The translations under genes were made by a program, and so were the position numbers. Below are positions 58,311 to 64,000 of a DNA stretch of 64,000 bases, in pieces. The notes beneath the pieces were generated by a model, which was given only the letters and a program-made list of their open reading frames with translations, ran no database searches and had not been told where the DNA came from. Source of the stretch: Lingula anatina. Taxonomy: Eukaryota; Animalia; Brachiopoda. The stretch covers positions 12,768,587 to 12,832,586 of the forward strand of contig CM120648.1 in assembly GCA_051362555.1 (NCBI GenBank), written 5' to 3'. Numbering within the stretch: the first letter of the stretch is position 1; the number at the start of each line of letters is the position of its first letter.

Positions 58311-61005
58311 TTTTAATTTAATAATGGCCGCATGATAAATACATGTACAGGGTAGGGGAATCGGTACCCTCTACCAGTGCGACTGATAGATTTTTACGTT
58401 ACCGATATATACATATGTATATGTATAACGTATGTGTCATATGAACGTAACAAACAGAATGAACTACGTACAAACGTGCGCACATATACAAAGTCGCACG
58501 CACTAACAAAGCCGTGACAACAGAAAACAATCAATGGAATCAGAAAACAACACCTTCATATTATTTGGCAATGTATATATCGGTAACGTATGTATCATAT
58601 GAACAATTTTCACAGTAGTTGAAGGCACGAAATCTTATTTGTCTCGTTTTCTTTCATTTTAATGTAACATTAAGACATTAGTGTTGGCGCACAAAACGAA
58701 AGACAACCAATGAAAATAGTTACCATGTGGCGTGTAAATACTTTTATTTTTTATTGTTTGTTGTCCGTTTTGTGAGCAAACGCCTTATTCCTGCGGTATA
58801 CTACATTACAATAAGAAGGAAAAGCAGGGCAAGTAAAGATTTATTGTCTCGAAACCGTTTGTTGGAATTGTTTATACGAAACGTACGTCACCGATACATA
58901 CGTTACCAAATAATGTGAAATTATTGTTTTCTGATTGTTCTCTGTTTGTTCTCCGTTGTCGCGACTCTGTGGTTGCGTGCGACGTGGTATATGTGCGCAC
59001 GCATGTTATTACGTCGCTCATTCTTCTTTGTTACGTTAAAATGATACATACGTTACCATAAAGCGTGTGAATATATTTGTTCTATTTTCATTGGTTGTCT
59101 TTCCTTTAGTGCGCCAGCACTATTTTAATGAAACACAAATAAAAGGCATAAGTGTTAGCCCACAAAGCGAAAGAAAACCAATGAAAATAGAATAAATATT
59201 TACACGTTTCATGGTAACGTATGTATCGGTAACGTATGTATCATTTTAACGTAACAAAGAAGAATAAGCGACGTAAAAACAAGCGGGCGCACATATACAA
59301 CGTCGCAAGCAACCACAGAGTCACGACGACAGAAAACAAACAAGGAAATCAGAAAACAATACCTTCATGTTATTTGGTAACGCATATGTATCATATTACG
59401 TAACAAATAAGAATGAAGGCCGTAAAACGTAGTGCGAACATATACAAAGTCACACCCACTCACAAAGTTTTGACAACAAAATACAATCAATGGAATCAGA
59501 AAAGCACACCTTCATTTTATTTGGTCACGTAAATATCGGTAACGTAAGAATCAAAAGGACAATTTTCACAGATAGTTGAAGGCAAGAAATTTTATTTGTC
59601 TCGTTTTCTTTCATTATAATGTAGCATTAAGACATAAGTACTTGCGCACAAAAGGAAAGACAGAGAACAAACAATGAAATCAGAAAACAATAATTTCATT
59701 GTTTGTTTTCTGTTGTCGTGACTCTGTGGTTGCGTGCGACATTGTATATGTGCATACGCTCGTTTTTGCGTCGCTTATTCTTCTTTGTTACGTTAAAATG
59801 ATACATACGTTACCAATACATACGTTACCATTAAGTGTGTAAATATTTATTCTATTTAATTGGTTTTTTTTCGCTTTGCGGGCCAACACGTATGTCGTTT
59901 AAACGAAAACGCTCTGCTCCTTTTTAATTGCCTCACTTAGGCTTCTATTATAGGTGATGCAAAGAGAGCCCTTCGTTGTATTTCTTTAACTCTTAGTAAA
60001 TTGCCTGTCGTGACACTTTATGGTCTTCATTGTCCATTTGGGCGGCCTATGTTACGCAAACGTACATAATTGCTAAGAGGCATCTTGGAATTGTGACGAT
60101 TTGGAAAATTTGAGTGTCGATTTATACCGTCCATTTGGCAGGTCACACGATGGCAAAGATTAGAAATCAGTGATTTAAACACGTCATTTTTACAAAATAC
60201 TTACTGCCCATTAAGGAAGTTCAGATACACAAACAATCTTGTTGACACGTGTCAGTTGATTGATAATTAGGTGAAATCGAAGAGCGTCATCGCAATGTTA
60301 ACATTAATTTTAGACAACGCGCATTAAAGGTCAATTAACGCTGGGACGAACCTTTTATTGCGACCACGCTCAGCTTCGATCTTTATCTCAGCGAGCTAGG
60401 ATTAGGCTCTTTTGTTAGCAGAAAGTAAGACACTATTATTACCCGACGGGGCAGAGCATGGTACTATTGTTAACAGAAACCAAACAGCGCATGGATGACA
60501 ATGTTATTCCCATGGTTACCGCGCCAGGCCGCATGAACAACACGCAGCAACCCGCAGAGTAAATAAGGGGACTTTCCGGCGGCTCTGTACCATAGGGTCT
60601 GGAAATGGACCCTTAAAGCTATCCGTCGGTACCTTCAGTAAACAAATATAGTAGAATTGGAGGTGAAACAACATCTTGATCAAAAGTGTATATTAAATTT
60701 AAGTTCAGTTCTCACACTCCACATGCTTTTCAGCATCAAGTGTACTAATTTCCTTTTCATGATCTTTCTTATTTCATTTATTTATAATTTCTACTTATCC
60801 CATTATTGTCTGTTTCATATCAGGACCTCGTCTTTGCCTGGGCAAGGGGCTGGCCGAAATGGAATCGTTCATTTTCTTCACCACGTTGCTTCAGAATTTT
60901 ACGTTCAAGGTACCAGAGGGCGAGAAACCTCCGGATGGAGTAAAAGGTTTCAACGCAGCCACCTTTTCACCATACGACTACAACGTGTGCGCTGTTAGAC
61001 GCTAA
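52788..61005 (+). CDS. CYP2: Cytochrome P450, CYP2 clan, copy B (500 aa). Exons 52788-53172, 54899-55130, 55697-55802, 55972-56128, 56746-56882, 57204-57300, 57527-57733, 60824-61005
   Basis: Exon lengths identical to copy A. Motifs AGTDTT, EIFR, PERW and FSMGPRLCLG. Reading frame intact. Confidence 0.95.
56888..56945. repeat. (GA)n microsatellite just after the exon 5 donor of CYP copy B
   Basis: About 28 GA units. Confidence 0.95.
57819..58050. mobile_element. MITE with TIR TAGGTCCCAAC, nested inside the palindromic MITE
   Basis: TAGGTCCCAAC at 57821 pairs with GTTGGGACCTA at 58037-47. It interrupts CTCGCTAAAT|GCTTTCAGCTTTA, which is uninterrupted at 48774-48797. Confidence 0.7.
58220..60587. 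mobile_element. 2.4-kb non-autonomous TIR element (TA TSD) with foldback-like internal repeats, in the last intron of CYP copy B
   Basis: TIRs CTGTCCCGCCGGAAAGTCCCC and GGGGACTTTCCGGCGGCTCTG, with TA on both flanks. The empty site is in copy A at ~48905-48930. Confidence 0.8.
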
Positions 61006-61230
61006 AATGAAGACACACGGGCCCAAAGGACAAAGCGACGTGCGTGCACAATATAGGACAGCGCCAGACAATTTTAATACTTCATGTTACTTCTTTTTGT
61101 CAATATATATTTTTTTAGTAAAGGAAAAGATATAACTCTGTCATGTTTCTGTTCAGTCGCTTATTGTAGTTGTTCTTAGGGTATTATTATCTTTTTCGTC
61201 TTTTGTAATTTTTCCTAGCAGATTACACCC

Positions 61231-61380
61231 GGGCTCCGTAACTGGAAAGCATCGAGAATTTCGAATAGCGATATCACCTTTTGTCTCGAGGCTTTTATAT
61301 GGGGCGAGTAAATCCCGAGTTATGGAATAGAGATGCTTGCGCTCGATCGCATTTCGCGATGCTTTCGAGTCACGGAGCCT
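61231..61380. mobile_element. MITE in the 3' UTR/flank of CYP copy B
   Basis: GGCTCCGTAACTGGAAAGCATCG...CGATGCTTTCGAGTCACGGAGCC. Confidence 0.7.
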
Positions 61381-62866
61381 TGACTGAGGTAGTTGCTTTT
61401 GCTTGTCCGCTATATTTAGGGCAGTTTTAAAAAGGATGTTTTACACGAGAAGAGGTCTTATTTCAAAAAGATCCCGGGTGAAATTGTTACATATGTACAA
61501 TGTCAGAGCAATTTAATATGTAAGAAATCTACAAAACATCTACGTAATTATTAACCCACAAAGCCCACTTACATTTTGTACTTTCACCAGGACAAGACGA
61601 CAATTACACTGCGAAGTGCTCAATACAAAAATGTTATGTGAGCAAATTTATAACTCTGAGACATTCATAAACTTTAAAAAACACCTTATGTACTTTTAAA
61701 CATGTTATCAACCACATTGTTAGAAATAAAATATAACGGCACTACGGTAAATATCATTTTAAATAGATTTTAGTATTCATTATGTCATTTATAATGATAG
61801 CAATGTTTTGTAACTGTAACATCGATATACATAGTCGCATAATAAATATTATGATAATAATTTTGATATACACAGCTGTCTAAGATTTTCAAGAAATAAT
61901 AAGTGTTGTGTTGTCTTAAACCGTCAAATATATAAATGCATCCGCGTCCTACAAGTTTCAATTAAGCGTGGTTAAGTTGAGGCGGTATAAAAGTCTCTTC
62001 CCTTTAACTTGTCGAACGCAAACCTGCGGTTCATGCGGACTAAACCTAGCCTCTACCAGGGTTGCAGATGAATTATGTGCATTTTTCTTCACGGCAGAGA
62101 CTCGGATCGTGAATTATCCAGAGAAATATCTGTGAATATTTAGTGGAAATCCATTTCTGGTAGATAGACGGTCACACCCGTTCCTCAGGACTGAAATAAG
62201 TAAGAGACTGACATTGGCGGGGGAGGGGGGGTGCGGGGGAGGGGGGGGGGTCAATAAGGTCACGCAAAGTACCCAAAACCGCAGTCTAAATACCTATGTA
62301 TTTGAGTAAACGGGCCCGTTCCGAATGAAGTATCGTACATGTAATACGAAGATCGATCTAACTCGATCGGTCGCACTGAAAACGAAGTGAAAAAGCTTAC
62401 GGAAACCGAGCGCAAGGTGTAATCACTCCCTAGGTTATCGAAGAGGCTTTTCATTCATTAACTGTGATTGCATTCCGGAGTCACCGCGGAGTTGGATTAG
62501 AACGATAGCTTCATTGGGAACACGCTGCCCAATTTTAGGGGTAGTGTGGGGAGAGACCAGCTTCCCTCCCCTCCCCCCCCCCCCCCCCCCCCCCACCCAC
62601 CCACCCACCCACCCACACAAACGCAAAGTCATGCTGTGTTGACATCATCTTCGGCACGCCACGTTTGTTGACTGTGTTTTGATAGCACACGCACACAAGT
62701 AGATTAAACACACAGGCTGATGTAAGAGCTGGGACGCGTTGCAATTTGGCTATTGGGCGCTAGGACGGTATTTGGCTATTGTCACGCGAATTGTTGCACA
62801 GCTGTTGTGAATGTTGGCTATTGTACGCCAGCATTAAGCACTCTGCGTTTGAAACCAAGTACCAAC

Positions 62867-63251
62867 ATGGTTAACCTCGTACAGAGTCTCTTGGAGTATG
62901 TTTCTACTGTCGGTCTGCCGACTGTTTTGATATTCGTGGTAGTGTTGTTGTTAAGTCTGTGGATGCTGTCGTCGAGGAATCCTCGGGTGAACTGGCCGCC
63001 CGGACCTGTCTGTTTCCCCGTGGTGGGATGTCTCCCACAGATGATGATCAGCGGTAGGGGAGGACAACCAACAGCTCTTTTTCCATGGTATGATACATAC
63101 GGAGATATCATGCACGTCAAACTTGGTGAACAACACTTGATAATGCTGGGGACTTATGAGCTGATCCAAGAGGCTTTCGTGAAGAATGCAGCTACAGTTA
63201 GCGCTAGACCTACTTGGATATATCTGATAAGACATGTAGTTGGAAAGGACG
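62867..63251 (+). CDS. CYP2: Cytochrome P450 CYP2-clan copy C, exon 1 only (remainder beyond the window or absent)
   Basis: MVNLVQSLLEYVSTVGLPTVLIF...WPPGP...HVVGKDG followed by donor gtaaat. Length 385 nt, the same as exon 1 of A and B. Confidence 0.85.
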
Positions 63252-63896
63252 GTAAATATGTGGCAGTTTATGGAAGTGCATGCTTGAGTACCTTACCTCA
63301 CCTACAGAATACCTTGTAAATTTCACTTGTACACAGCGTTCAGTTCTTCAAGTAGCCCAGAGAATCATGCCCTAGCAATCCCCTTCACTTTTTCATACAT
63401 ACTATGGGTTAATTTGTGGCAAAATGATGATGGTAACGATGGTTATTATTGTTGTTATTATCTTTTTTGCCTGATAACAGATCAATTAGCCTGGTCTTCG
63501 CCAAACGCTGCGTTTAAATGTCAGCTTAAATTCACTGACCCAGTTTTCAACCTGCGCACTAATGGGAATTGAAATATTTGACCTTGTTCTCCGGTTGAAT
63601 GCCTGGGACAGTTTCGACCCTACAGTTTGGAACAACCTCTCAGAAAGGTCTTTAACCCGTTTAACTGTAAATTGATAATTTCATGGGAATGGGCCCTTAA
63701 CGACCAGTTTGTGTTTTGATTCGTAAGTACACCTGTGTAAGGGCATAAAGTGAACTTCATGACCTCTATGATAAGATATCTTGTAAGTAGAAGTATATAG
63801 GCTCAAATGTAAAGATAACAATCGCAATGTTTTCTCACCATTTGATTTGTCTGTAAAGCCCGACCACTTTATTATGGCTCTATAATTTGGAACTAA

Positions 63897-64000
63897 GAGC
63901 GCATTTAGAATAGAGGACTAACAGATCCATGGATCAAATATGCCCGACACACTTGAATGCTTGTCGCGATACCCCCACGCGGTATCTATTTAATGTCTAA
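63897..64000. mobile_element. Partial MITE of the 15286/21377 family, cut by the window edge
   Basis: GCGCATTTAGAATAGAGGACTAAC...AATATGCCCGAC...ACTTGAAT...TATCTATTTAATGTCTA aligns to 21379-21470. Confidence 0.6.

Larger units (their letters stand above)
37610..61040 (+). repeat. ~11.8-kb tandem segmental duplication (unit A ~37610-49405, unit B ~49406-61040), each unit carrying one CYP gene
   Basis: Colinear homology of upstream DNA (e.g. 37902-38060 with 49672-49830), promoter, all exons and introns. Confidence 0.92.

Noticed and set aside
62753-62866. N-terminal extension of CYP copy C in the ORF track
   Set aside because: It starts at a TTG. The ATG at 62867 matches copies A and B in position and context (CCAACATGG).
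1-64000. tRNA, rRNA or autonomous transposase/RT genes
   Set aside because: I recognised none by eye; tRNAscan-SE, Infernal and BLASTX would be needed to exclude degenerate copies.

Overview
AT-rich, intron-containing animal genomic DNA, probably from a marine invertebrate; it is not prokaryotic. I reconstructed the spliced genes by hand from splice boundaries and reading frames. (1) The 3' part of a polycystin-1-like (PKD1L) channel gene on + (78-6540). (2) A convergent ~18-exon gene on - (25160-8431) encoding a type I membrane protein: signal peptide-MAM-SRCR-LDLa-MAM-Ser/Thr stalk-TM-tyrosine/NPxY/proline-rich tail. (3) A divergent Hairy/E(spl) bHLH-Orange-WRPW gene on - (29549-28173), followed by an ~8 kb gene-free region rich in regulatory motifs. 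(4) A tandem cluster of CYP2-clan cytochrome P450s on +: two complete 8-exon, 500-aa copies from an ~11.8 kb tandem duplication, plus exon 1 of a third copy. Introns carry many non-autonomous elements: a Helentron/HINE-like element with an internal satellite, a TTAA-TSD Kolobok-like element, a 2.4 kb foldback-like element with a perfect NF-kB site in each terminal inverted repeat, and several MITE families. All coordinates were read by eye and may be off by a few bases; no database searches were run.
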